From Candidatus Saccharimonadota bacterium (GTDB taxonomy: Bacteria; Pseudomonadota; Gammaproteobacteria; Enterobacterales; Enterobacteriaceae), in assembly GCA_000217635.1 (NCBI GenBank), contig CP001817.1, forward strand, positions 360,001 through 392,000: a DNA stretch of 32,000 bases, read 5' to 3'. Of this stretch, positions 9,986 to 21,446 are shown piece after piece. Every line of letters begins with the position of its first letter. Within the stretch, counting starts at the first letter, position 1. The notes beneath the pieces are model-generated. The model saw only the letters and a list, made by a program, of their open reading frames with translations. It was not told the origin of the DNA and ran no database searches. The translations under genes were made by a program, and so were the position numbers.

Positions 9986-11077
9986 ATGAAAAAATATCAA
10001 ATACTATCAAATATTTGGAGGCCTCAAACTTTTAATAATGTTCTCGGTCAAAAATATATTATCAATGCAATTAAAAATGGATTAGATACCGGGCGAATTC
10101 ATCAAACATGGTTATTTTCAGGAAAACACGGAATAGGAAAAACTACTATTGCTAGAATTTTAGCAAAAAGTTTAAATTGTTTAAAAGGTGTAACTTCTAA
10201 TCCGTGTCGCTCTTGTTCTCATTGTATTGATATTGAAAAAGGAAAATTCTTAGACTTTATAGAGTTAGATGCTGCATCAAGAACAAAAGTAGAAGAAATA
10301 AAAGTTTTATTAGAAACAATTCAATATTCTCCTATTAAAGGTCGTTTTAAAGTATATTTAATAGACGAAGTGCATATGTTATCTCGACATAGTTTTAATG
10401 CTCTATTAAAAACATTAGAAGAACCACCTAAATTTATTAAATTTATTTTAGCTACCACGGAACCTGAAAAAATTCCTTCCACTATTATTTCGCGTTGTTT
10501 ACATTTTCCTTTACAATCTATAAAAAAAAAAGACATAGTATCACACTTAAGTTATATTTTAAAAAGAAAAATAAATACCCCGTTAGAAGTATTAAATAAT
10601 ATTGCAAATAATTCTTATGGTAGTATTCGAGATTCATTAAATATGTTAGAATTAGCTATTTCTTCTACTACAAATAATGAAATTACTATTTCTAAAGCTG
10701 CAAAATTATTTGGTTTTTTTGATAAGAATATAGTATTAACTTTAGTAAAAAATATATTAAATAAAAATATTAAAAATATATTAAAATTAATAGACGATGC
10801 TGAAAAAAATAATATATCATATGATAGTATCATGTTATCATTAATTAAGTGTTTTCATAAAATATGTATTTTACAAATTTTACCTAAAGAAAATTATCTT
10901 AATAATAAAAAAAAATCCACATATAAATATGATTTATATCAAATCTCTCAAAAAATTTCATTTAATAATCTTAATAATTATTATAAAATATTAATTAACG
11001 GAAGAAAAAATTTAAAATATACATCAAATACACGAATCATTTTAGAAATGACTATTTTTGAAATCTGTCATAAATAA
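9986..11077 (+). CDS. dnaX: DNA polymerase III subunit gamma/tau, short form (363 aa)
   Basis: It has Walker A GKHGIGKTT, the zinc module CLKGVTSNPCRSCSHCIDIEKG, LIDEVHML and the SRC motif IISRCLHF. It is colinear with E. coli DnaX domains I-III and ends at a stop without the tau C-terminal domains. Confidence 0.95.
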   Translation: MKKYQILSNIWRPQTFNNVLGQKYIINAIKNGLDTGRIHQTWLFSGKHGIGKTTIARILAKSLNCLKGVTSNPCRSCSHCIDIEKGKFLDFIELDAASRTKVEEIKVLLETIQYSPIKGRFKVYLIDEVHMLSRHSFNALLKTLEEPPKFIKFILATTEPEKIPSTIISRCLHFPLQSIKKKDIVSHLSYILKRKINTPLEVLNNIANNSYGSIRDSLNMLELAISSTTNNEITISKAAKLFGFFDKNIVLTLVKNILNKNIKNILKLIDDAEKNNISYDSIMLSLIKCFHKICILQILPKENYLNNKKKSTYKYDLYQISQKISFNNLNNYYKILINGRKNLKYTSNTRIILEMTIFEICHK

Positions 11078-11264
11078 TAAAACTTTCAACTTAAATTTAA
11101 TAATCATTAATTAATATTAAGTTATATTAAAGAAAAACAATAAATATTCAGTTCTGTATTTAATATTAACTCTTTAAAATCAAAGTTTTACATATAGTAT
11201 TATTAAATATTTTAATAATGCTATAATAAATATATTTGAATTATTAAATAACGAGATTGTATAA

Positions 11265-11559
11265 ATGTTTACTGAAAAAAATATTACTGAATTTATGAAT
11301 CAAGCTAAAAATATGCAAGAAAAAAATAAAGAAGATGCAAAAAAATATACAAAATACAGAGGTAATAGGACAATCCGGAGCAGGAATGATTCATATTACT
11401 GTTACTGGAACATATGAATGTAAAAAAGTAGATATTAGTAAAGAATTAATAAATCAAAATAGCAAAAATATTCTTGAAGATTTAATTTCGGCAGCTTTTA
11501 ATGATGCAATAAAAAAAATTTTAGATATACAAAAAGATAAATTAACTTTACAATCATAA
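11265..11559 (+). CDS. ybaB: nucleoid-associated protein YbaB/EbfC, frame broken at an A7 tract (11339-11345)
   Basis: The ATG at 11265 opens MFTEKNITEFMNQAKNMQEKNKEDAKK, compared with E. coli [20 protein letters not shown]. The remainder (IQNTEVIGQSGAGMIHITVTG...AAFNDAIKKI) lies in the next frame, which is the track ORF 11335-11559. Removing one A gives an alignment of exact length. Confidence 0.85.
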
Positions 11560-11723
11560 ACAAAAATTATATTTTTATAATATAAAAAACTGATATTTAT
11601 ATCTTATAAAATAAAAAAAAGAAATTAAAAAAATAAAATATTTTATATAATATATATTAAATATATTAAATATATTTTTATATACAATCACAAGACTTTT
11701 AAAAAAATATAGAAGAAATATAT

Positions 11724-13601
11724 ATGAACAATGAAAATAAAACGAAACATTCTTTTCAGTCAGAAGTTAAACAATTACTCCATTTAATGATTCATTCTCT
11801 ATATTCAAATAAAGAAATCTTCTTACGAGAATTAATTTCTAATGCATCTGATGCTATCGAAAAATTAAGATTTTCCGTTATTTCTAATCCTAAAAAATTT
11901 ATAAATCATAATAATACTGCAAAGATACAAATTTCTATTGATAAAACAAAAAAAACATTATCAATTTATGACAATGGTATCGGTATGACTTATGATGAAG
12001 TAAAAAATAATTTAGGAACAATTGCAAAATCAGGTACAAAATCATTTTTAAAAAATATTAGTAATGATAAAAAAGAAAAGAATGATTTTATTGGACAATT
12101 TGGAGTAGGATTTTATTCTTCTTTTATAATTGCAAAAAAAGTATGTGTATTTACTAAACATGCTCAAAACCTATCTGATACAGGAACATTATGGGAATCT
12201 GAAGGTCAAGGTGAATATACAATCGAAAAAATTAAACAAAAAGAATATGGAACAAAAATTATTTTATATATTAAAGAAACAGAAGAAGAATTTTTAGAAA
12301 CTTGGAATATAAAAAACATTGTAAAAAAATATTCTGATCATATTTCTATACCTGTAGAAATAGAAAACTATGATGAAAAAACAAAGTTATTTCTTGGGAG
12401 AAAATTAATCAAGCACAAAGCATATGGACTAAAAATAAAAAAAGAAATTTCTGCAAAATCATATCAAGAATTTTATAAATATATAACACATGATTCTGAG
12501 GAACCATTATTATGGAGTCATAATAAAGTTGAAGGAAACCAAGAATATACAAGTTTATTATACATTCCTCAAAAAGCTACTTGGGATATGTGGCACAGAG
12601 AAAATAAACATGGTTTAAAATTATATGTTAAACACGTATATATTATGGATGATGCAATTCAATTTTTACCAAATTATTTAAGGTTTGTAAAAGGAATTAT
12701 CGATTCTCAAGATTTACCTTTAAATATTTCTAGAGAAATTTTACAAGATAATAAAATTACGCAAAATTTACGAAAATCTTTAACTAAAAGAGTATTAACT
12801 ATATTAAATAATTTATCTGAAACAGATGACATTAAGTATCAAAAATTCTGGAATATTTTTGGTTTAGTATTAAAAGAAGGACTAGCAGAAGATTCAATCA
12901 ATCAAAAACAAATATCTAATTTACTTCGATTTACATCTATTAGTATGCAAAAAAAAGAACAAACATTATCGTTAAAACAATATATTAATAATATGCTTCC
13001 TGAACAAGAAAAAATATATTTTATTACAGCAGATAGTTATGAATCAGCAATTAATAGCCCTCATTTAGAAATATTTCGAGAAAAAAATATTGATGTACTT
13101 TTATTGTCAGATCGTGTTGATGAATGGATGATGAATTATTTGCCAGAATATGAAAATAAAAAATTTCAATCGGTAAGTAAATCAGATATTTCATTAGAAA
13201 AATTAATTAAAAATGATAAATTAAATATAGATCAAAAAGATCAAAATATAGATATTTTTATTGAAAAAAATAAAAATATATTAGGAAATCGTGTTAAAGA
13301 TGTTCGTATGACTAACCGACTTATTAATACTCCTGTAATGGTATTAACTGATACAAATGATATGAGCACTCAAATGGCAAAATTATTTAGTGCAGCTGGA
13401 CAACCTATACCAGACGTGAAATATTTATTAGAAATTAATCCAAAACACCCATTAATAAAAAAAATACAAAATATAAAAGATATAGAAAAAATTTCTATAT
13501 GGATTGAAATGTTATTTGAACAGGCAATTTTTGCTGAAAAAGGAACATTAGATAATCCTCATCAATTTATTAATAGAATTAATAAATTGTTTATATCATA
13601 A
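11724..13601 (+). CDS. htpG: molecular chaperone HtpG (Hsp90); open ORF containing an internal out-of-frame segment
   Basis: 625 aa. It has FQSEVKQLLHLMIHSLYSNKEIFLRELISNASDA, GQFGVGFYS, NYLRFVKGIIDSQDLPLNISRE and MSTQMAKLF. It is colinear with E. coli HtpG except for 12381-12443 (see findings). Confidence 0.95.
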   Translation: MNNENKTKHSFQSEVKQLLHLMIHSLYSNKEIFLRELISNASDAIEKLRFSVISNPKKFINHNNTAKIQISIDKTKKTLSIYDNGIGMTYDEVKNNLGTIAKSGTKSFLKNISNDKKEKNDFIGQFGVGFYSSFIIAKKVCVFTKHAQNLSDTGTLWESEGQGEYTIEKIKQKEYGTKIILYIKETEEEFLETWNIKNIVKKYSDHISIPVEIENYDEKTKLFLGRKLIKHKAYGLKIKKEISAKSYQEFYKYITHDSEEPLLWSHNKVEGNQEYTSLLYIPQKATWDMWHRENKHGLKLYVKHVYIMDDAIQFLPNYLRFVKGIIDSQDLPLNISREILQDNKITQNLRKSLTKRVLTILNNLSETDDIKYQKFWNIFGLVLKEGLAEDSINQKQISNLLRFTSISMQKKEQTLSLKQYINNMLPEQEKIYFITADSYESAINSPHLEIFREKNIDVLLLSDRVDEWMMNYLPEYENKKFQSVSKSDISLEKLIKNDKLNIDQKDQNIDIFIEKNKNILGNRVKDVRMTNRLINTPVMVLTDTNDMSTQMAKLFSAAGQPIPDVKYLLEINPKHPLIKKIQNIKDIEKISIWIEMLFEQAIFAEKGTLDNPHQFINRINKLFIS

Positions 13602-13672
13602 ATAAACAATTTTTTATTTATACATTAAAAATAATTATTTTTAATAAATAAGAAGGAGTGTAAAAGTATATT

Positions 13673-14320
13673 ATGATCAAGATTGTTATGCTTGGAGCGC
13701 CCGGAAGTGGTAAAGGTACTCAAATGCAATTACTGTCTAATTATTATCGTATACCGCCTATATCTGTAGGCGATATACTACGTAAAAAAATTAATATTAA
13801 TCAAAAATTTAAAAAAAATATCAAAAATTATATTAATAACGGAAAACTAGTAAATGATGATATTATTATTGAGTTAATAAAAAAAAGAATAGAAAAAAAA
13901 GATTGTAAAAGTGGATTTATTTTAGATGGTTTTCCGCGCACTATAAAACAAGCTGAAATTTTAAAGAATAATTTATTTACAATAAATTATATCTTACATT
14001 TAAAATTATCAGAAAAAAAAATTTTTGAAAGAATTTCTGGAAGACTTGTACATATACCATCTGGACGCTGTTATCATGAAAAATTTAACCCGCCTCAAAA
14101 AAAAAATAGGGACAACATAACTGGAGAAAAACTAAGTATTAGAAAAGATGACAATATTAATATTATTAAAATAAGATTATATGAATATCAAAAGTATATC
14201 AACCCATTACTTATATGGTTCAATAAAAATATGAATCAAAAAAACATAAAGTTTTTTGAAATTCAAACAAATGATTCAATTAAGAATATACATAAAAAAA
14301 TATTATCTTTATTAAAATAA
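13673..14320 (+). CDS. adk: adenylate kinase
   Basis: 215 aa. It has the P-loop LGAPGSGKGT, FILDGFPRT and HIPSGRCYHEKFNPP. It is colinear with E. coli Adk. Confidence 0.97.
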   Translation: MIKIVMLGAPGSGKGTQMQLLSNYYRIPPISVGDILRKKININQKFKKNIKNYINNGKLVNDDIIIELIKKRIEKKDCKSGFILDGFPRTIKQAEILKNNLFTINYILHLKLSEKKIFERISGRLVHIPSGRCYHEKFNPPQKKNRDNITGEKLSIRKDDNINIIKIRLYEYQKYINPLLIWFNKNMNQKNIKFFEIQTNDSIKNIHKKILSLLK

Positions 14321-14335
14321 TATAAAAATATATTT

Positions 14336-14409
14336 TGCGCTCTACGGGATTCGAACCTGTAACCTACAGCTTAGAAGGCTGTTGCTCTATCCAATTGAGC
14401 TAAGAGCGC
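14336..14409 (-). tRNA. argU: tRNA-Arg (anticodon UCU)
   Basis: The minus strand reads GCGCTCTTAGCTCAATTGGATAGAGCAACAGCCTTCTAAGCTGTAGGTTACAGGTTCGAATCCCGTAGAGCGCA. It folds as a cloverleaf with a 7-bp acceptor stem and the anticodon loop CU-UCU-AA. It is very close to E. coli argU. No CCA is encoded. Confidence 0.9.
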
Positions 14410-14591
14410 GAAAAAAATTATATAATCTCTCTAAATATCTAGGTATTATTGAAAAAAATTATTTTGTAATAATAAATATATTATAACGAATAAAAAAATA
14501 TATCAATACCGGAAATACACCATACTTTATAATAAACAATGATTTTTTTTATTATTATAAAAATTTAAAAATTATTTTAGGTTATATTTAT

Positions 14592-15458
14592 ATGATTACA
14601 AAAATAATGAAAGGATTAAAAATATCTAATCAAATAAAAAATAAAATAAGAAAAAAAAATAAAATTAAAAAAAAAAATAATAATAGAGCCCCTGGATTAG
14701 CTGTAATATTAATAGGTAATAACCCTTCTTCTTTAATTTATATTAATACAAAAATTAATGCTTGTTATTCAGTGGGATTTTTTTCAGCATACTGGCACTT
14801 ATCTGAAGATACATGCGAAAAAAAAGTAGTAAAATTAATAAAAAAATTAAATAATAATAAACTTATTGATGGAATTCTTGTTCAATTACCTTTACCTCAC
14901 CAAATGAATACAACCAATGTTTTAAATAGTATTGATCCATATAAAGACGTAGATGGATTTCATCCATACAACTCTGGATTATTATATCAAGGTTACCCTA
15001 TGTTACGTGCATGTACGCCGCGAGGAATTATAACTTTATTAGAGTATTATAATATTGATTTAACTGGATTAAATGCAATAATTATTGGTAGTTCAATAAT
15101 TGTTGGAAAACCATTATATCTTGAGTTATTAAGAACCAATTGTACGATTACTATCGCAAATAAATTTACAAAAAATTTAAAAGATCATGTAAAAATGGCG
15201 GATTTAATTATTATAGCTATTGGACATCCTAATTTTTTATATGGTGACTGGATAAAATATGGCGCAATTGTTATTGATGTAGGAATAAATTATATGCAAA
15301 AAAACAAAAAAATAGTTGGCGACGTACATTATGATTCCGTATCTTTAAAAACATCTTATATCACTCCTGTACCTGGTGGAGTTGGACCTATGACTATCGC
15401 TTCATTATTACAAAACACATTGGAAATTTATGAAAAATCTCAAAAAAATTTTAAGTAA
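14592..15458 (+). CDS. folD: bifunctional methylenetetrahydrofolate dehydrogenase / cyclohydrolase
   Basis: 288 aa. It has RAPGLAVILIG, DGILVQLPLP, KDVDGFHPYN, CTPRGI and YITPVPGGVGPMT. It is colinear with E. coli FolD. Confidence 0.97.
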   Translation: MITKIMKGLKISNQIKNKIRKKNKIKKKNNNRAPGLAVILIGNNPSSLIYINTKINACYSVGFFSAYWHLSEDTCEKKVVKLIKKLNNNKLIDGILVQLPLPHQMNTTNVLNSIDPYKDVDGFHPYNSGLLYQGYPMLRACTPRGIITLLEYYNIDLTGLNAIIIGSSIIVGKPLYLELLRTNCTITIANKFTKNLKDHVKMADLIIIAIGHPNFLYGDWIKYGAIVIDVGINYMQKNKKIVGDVHYDSVSLKTSYITPVPGGVGPMTIASLLQNTLEIYEKSQKNFK

Positions 15459-15465
15459 AAAAAAA

Positions 15466-16893
15466 TTATAAAAATCTATATATTGAATTATTTTTTGTAT
15501 CTTGTATTTTAACTCCTAAATTTAATAATTTATTTCTAATTTTATCAGCTAACTCCCATTTTTTAATATCACGGTAATACATTCGTAATTTTATTAATTT
15601 ATTAATAAAATTCATTTTTTTAGAATAAATAGAGGGATTTTGAAATAAAAATTTTTCTGGATTTGTTTTTAATAAACCTAAAATATTTCCAAAATATATA
15701 AGATCACTCACTAAAGCTCGCGCTAATATTCTGTTATTTTTATAAATCATATTAATATAACGGGATAAATCATAAAGCAAACTACAAACTTTAGGGGTAT
15801 TAAAATCATCATTCATAGCATTATAAAATTTCTTTTTAAAATTATTTCGAATTTTTTTATCTTTAAAATCTAATACATCAGTCAATAAAATTAAATAGTT
15901 ATCAGAGATCACAGTATATATGCGATTTAAAATTTTCTGTGAAATTATTAAATTATTTTCATTATAATACAACGGATGTCTATAATGAGTACTTAAAAAG
16001 TAATATCGAATAACTTCCGGATGATATTTCAATAATAAACTACGTATTGTAATAAAATTATTTAAAGACTTTGATACTTTTTTATTATTTAAAATCACCA
16101 TTCCTGTATGCATCCAGAAATGTATTGGAAAATCACTATTAATACAACAAGATTGAGCTAATTCATTTTCATGATGGGGAAATAACAAATCAATCCCGCC
16201 CCCATGAATATCTACGCCATCTAAACAATAACGTTGGTGAATAGCAGAACATTCGATATGCCAACCAGGGCGACCTAAACCCCATGGAGAATCCCAAAAA
16301 ACAGAATCTTTTTTATCGGTTTGTTTTTTAAGTAAAAAATTTTTCCATAACACAAAGTCCTTAATAAAAACATTATTTTTCTTAAAATCTGTATTTTTTT
16401 TATCATGAATATTTATTAACCGACGAGAAAGTTTTCCATATTTTGAACAATTTTTAATAGAAAATAAAACATCACCATTTTTTTCAATATATGCATATTT
16501 ATTATTTATTAATTTTTTAATAATAGAAATTATATCAGTAATTGATTCAGTCACTTTAGGTTCATAATTTGGTTCTAAAAGTCCCAAAGAAAAAAAATCT
16601 TTTTTCATTTCTGAAATCATACGTAATGAAAAATTTTTTACTGATTCATTATTATTGATAGCTCTATTAATAATTTTATCATCGATATCTGTAATATTAC
16701 GAACATAATTAGTTACATAACCAATATTTTGTAAATATCTTATAAGCATATCAAAAATTAAAAAAGTTCGAGCGTGTCCGATATGACAAAAATCATAAGT
16801 TGTAACCCCACAAACATAAATATTTATAATTTTTTTATATGAAAAAAAAAATTTTTCTTTCATTTTTGTTAACGTATTAAAAATCTTTAACAC
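15466..16893 (-). CDS. cysS: cysteine--tRNA ligase
   Basis: 475 aa with a GTG start. It begins MLKIFNTLT, and has the HIGH motif CHIGHARTF, GWHIECS and the KMSKS-like KVSKS. It is colinear with E. coli CysS and converges on folD with a 7-bp gap. Confidence 0.97.
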   Translation of the reverse strand: MLKIFNTLTKMKEKFFFSYKKIINIYVCGVTTYDFCHIGHARTFLIFDMLIRYLQNIGYVTNYVRNITDIDDKIINRAINNNESVKNFSLRMISEMKKDFFSLGLLEPNYEPKVTESITDIISIIKKLINNKYAYIEKNGDVLFSIKNCSKYGKLSRRLINIHDKKNTDFKKNNVFIKDFVLWKNFLLKKQTDKKDSVFWDSPWGLGRPGWHIECSAIHQRYCLDGVDIHGGGIDLLFPHHENELAQSCCINSDFPIHFWMHTGMVILNNKKVSKSLNNFITIRSLLLKYHPEVIRYYFLSTHYRHPLYYNENNLIISQKILNRIYTVISDNYLILLTDVLDFKDKKIRNNFKKKFYNAMNDDFNTPKVCSLLYDLSRYINMIYKNNRILARALVSDLIYFGNILGLLKTNPEKFLFQNPSIYSKKMNFINKLIKLRMYYRDIKKWELADKIRNKLLNLGVKIQDTKNNSIYRFL

Positions 16894-17287
16894 AATTCAG
16901 ACCTCTAAAATAAAATTTAGAAAATAAATGTTTTATTTTTTAAAACTTAATAATCAAAATAATATATATTTCAATTTTATCATAGAAAAAATATTAAATA
17001 TATCATAAAAAAATCATTTATAATTCATTAATAGGTAAATATTTTTGTTCAATATAAAATAAATAAAAAAAATAATATATAATGCTATAAATAAATGTAT
17101 TATACTATAATATAGTAATATTTACGTAAAATAAATAAATTTATACAAGTAAATTATAAAAAGTATAAGTAAATAATTTTTTTTAATTCGAAAGGAATTA
17201 AAGTATAATAAATGGATAAATATAAATTAAAAATAATTTTAATTTTTTATATATTTATATGTTTTGATTTAAATAAGAAGGGGTTGT

Positions 17288-17551
17288 ATGAATAATTCAA
17301 TGGTAAAAAAACTAAAATTTCCTTGTTCTTTTACTTATAAAGTTATTGGAATATCTCAGCCAGAATTAACAAATAATATTATTAAAATTATTCAACTACA
17401 TATTCCGGGCGATTATATTCCAAAAATAAAATCTAGTAATAAAGGAACATATTTATCAGTATCAGTAACAATATTTGCAAAAAATTTTAAACAAATTGAA
17501 AAGTTATATAACGAATTAAGTAAAATACACCTTGTACGTATGGTATTATAA
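17288..17551 (+). CDS. ybeD: UPF0250 family protein YbeD
   Basis: 87 aa. FPCSFTYKVIG...PGDYIPKIKSSNKGTYLSVSVTI...LYNELSKIHLVRMVL compares with E. coli YbeD FPTPFTYKVMG...[23 protein letters not shown]...LYEELGKIDIVRMVL. An AAGAAGGGG Shine-Dalgarno sequence lies upstream. Confidence 0.9.
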   Translation: MNNSMVKKLKFPCSFTYKVIGISQPELTNNIIKIIQLHIPGDYIPKIKSSNKGTYLSVSVTIFAKNFKQIEKLYNELSKIHLVRMVL

Positions 17552-17556
17552 AAAAA

Positions 17557-17595
17557 TTTTGCGATGCGGTTATTATTTAATTCCGCACCGCAAAA
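17557..17595. terminator. hairpin between convergent ybeD and cspE; better suited as the cspE terminator
   Basis: The arms are ttttgcgatgcgg (17557-17569) and ccgcaccgcaaaa (17583-17595). The single non-Watson-Crick position is A.C on the + transcript and G.U on the - transcript. Only the - strand reading is followed by a U-run. Confidence 0.55.
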
Positions 17596-17629
17596 GCCCT
17601 GCTAAATATATTATATCTTATTAATAATA

Positions 17630-17839
17630 TTATATACTAATCACATTAGCAGCTGATGGCCCTTTTGCGCCTTCGGTAATTTCAAATTCAACACTTTGAC
17701 CTTCTGCCAAAGTTTTAAATCCGTTGCTTTGTATAGCAGAAAAATGAACAAAAACATCTTTGCTTCCATCTTCTGGGGTAATGAAACCAAAACCTTTAGA
17801 TTCATTAAACCACTTAACATTACCTTTAATCTTGGACAT
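17630..17839 (-). CDS. cspE: cold-shock domain protein CspE
   Basis: The 69-aa product [69 protein letters not shown] differs at about 5 positions from E. coli CspE as I recall it. Confidence 0.97.
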   Translation of the reverse strand: MSKIKGNVKWFNESKGFGFITPEDGSKDVFVHFSAIQSNGFKTLAEGQSVEFEITEGAKGPSAANVISI

Positions 17840-18028
17840 CTATATATTACCTTCGATTGAAAAATATAAACTATAGCTTATACCTTGCTGTTAATTCAAT
17901 ATTTATAAACTATTTCATCTAAAAAAATATTAGTATAAAAATCATAAAAAAATAATTTAGACATCAATAAGAATATAAAACATTTTTTAAAAAAATTTAA
18001 AATAAAATATTAATTTATTAAAAAACAA

Positions 18029-18148
18029 ATACCTGGCAATGTCCTACTCTCACACAAGGAAGCCCTGCACTACCATCGGCGTTGAAATGTTTCACTTCTG
18101 AGTTCGAAATGGATTCAGGTGGTACCATAACACTATGTTTACCAGGTA
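18029..18148 (-). rRNA. rrf: 5S ribosomal RNA
   Basis: 120 nt on the minus strand, UACCUGGUAAAC...CGAACUCAGAAGUGAAAC...GCCGAUGGUAGUG...GAGAGUAGGACAUUGCCAGGUAU, colinear with E. coli 5S. Confidence 0.95.
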
Positions 18149-18163
18149 TATGTTTTTTAGAAA

Positions 18164-18180
18164 AACACCTCTGGTGTTGT

Positions 18181-18185
<5 letters not shown>
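18164..18185 (-). other. 3' half of the 23S rRNA processing stem (pairs with 21105-21124)
   Basis: aacacctctggtgttgtaagg (18164-18184) is nearly the reverse complement of ccttacaacccacaggtgtt (21105-21124). The two halves bracket the 23S gene, as RNase III processing stems do in enterobacterial rRNA operons. Confidence 0.55.
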
Positions 18186-21106
<2,921 letters not shown>

Positions 21107-21237
21107 TTACAACCCACAGGTGTTTTTCTAAATTAATAATTATTCCAAATTTTTAAAGAACAATATTAAAACTTTTTTATTTATGAAACTTATAATATCA
21201 TATTTTTATTTATTAGTATATAAATATTTTTAATTTT

Positions 21238-21309
21238 TGTCCCTTAGGGGATTTGAACCCCTGTTGCCGCCGTGAAAGGGCGATGTCCTAACCGCTAGAC
21301 GAAAGGGAC
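21238..21309 (-). tRNA. gltX-type tRNA: tRNA-Glu (anticodon UUC)
   Basis: The minus strand reads GTCCCTTTCGTCTAGCGGTTAGGACATCGCCCTTTCACGGCGGCAACAGGGGTTCAAATCCCCTAAGGGACA, near-identical to E. coli tRNA-Glu. It lies about 130 nt upstream of the 23S gene. No CCA is encoded. Confidence 0.93.
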
Positions 21310-21340
21310 ATTTAAAAAAAATATAATTACGTATTAATAT

Positions 21341-21368
21341 ATGTTACAGAATGCATCCAAAGAGTCAA
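21341..21368 (-). promoter_or_regulatory. candidate sigma70 promoter for the tRNA-Glu-23S-5S unit
   Basis: The minus strand reads TTGACT (21368-21363), then a 16-nt spacer, then TAACAT (21346-21341), about 30 nt upstream of tRNA-Glu. A TTGAC -35 hexamer is uncommon in this AT-rich background, but -10-like hexamers are common. Confidence 0.35.
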
Positions 21369-21446
21369 GTCTTTTTTTATGTTTTTTAAAAAATATCATT
21401 TTTTATAAAAATTTTTATGTAACAAACGAATAAATAAATTAATATT

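Noticed and set aside
9986-11077. I looked for the E. coli-type programmed -1 frameshift signal (A AAA AAG plus a downstream hairpin) in dnaX.
   Set aside because: The gene ends at a normal stop before the region where the signal lies in E. coli. A-runs inside it are ordinary Lys codons, and no alternative-frame DnaX similarity follows them.
11640-11680. A short tandem repeat (aatatatta, about 2.5 copies) upstream of htpG, and AT-only near-palindromes in the cyoA-bolA spacer (2190-2240).
   Set aside because: These are low-complexity AT sequence of a kind expected by chance at this base composition. There is no copy elsewhere in the window and no GC-anchored structure.
17840-17900. A possible cspE promoter on the minus strand: TTGAAT, an 18-nt spacer, then TATAGT.
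   Set aside because: The spacing is suboptimal, and -10/-35-like hexamers occur by chance throughout AT-rich spacers. The support is not strong enough to report it as a feature.
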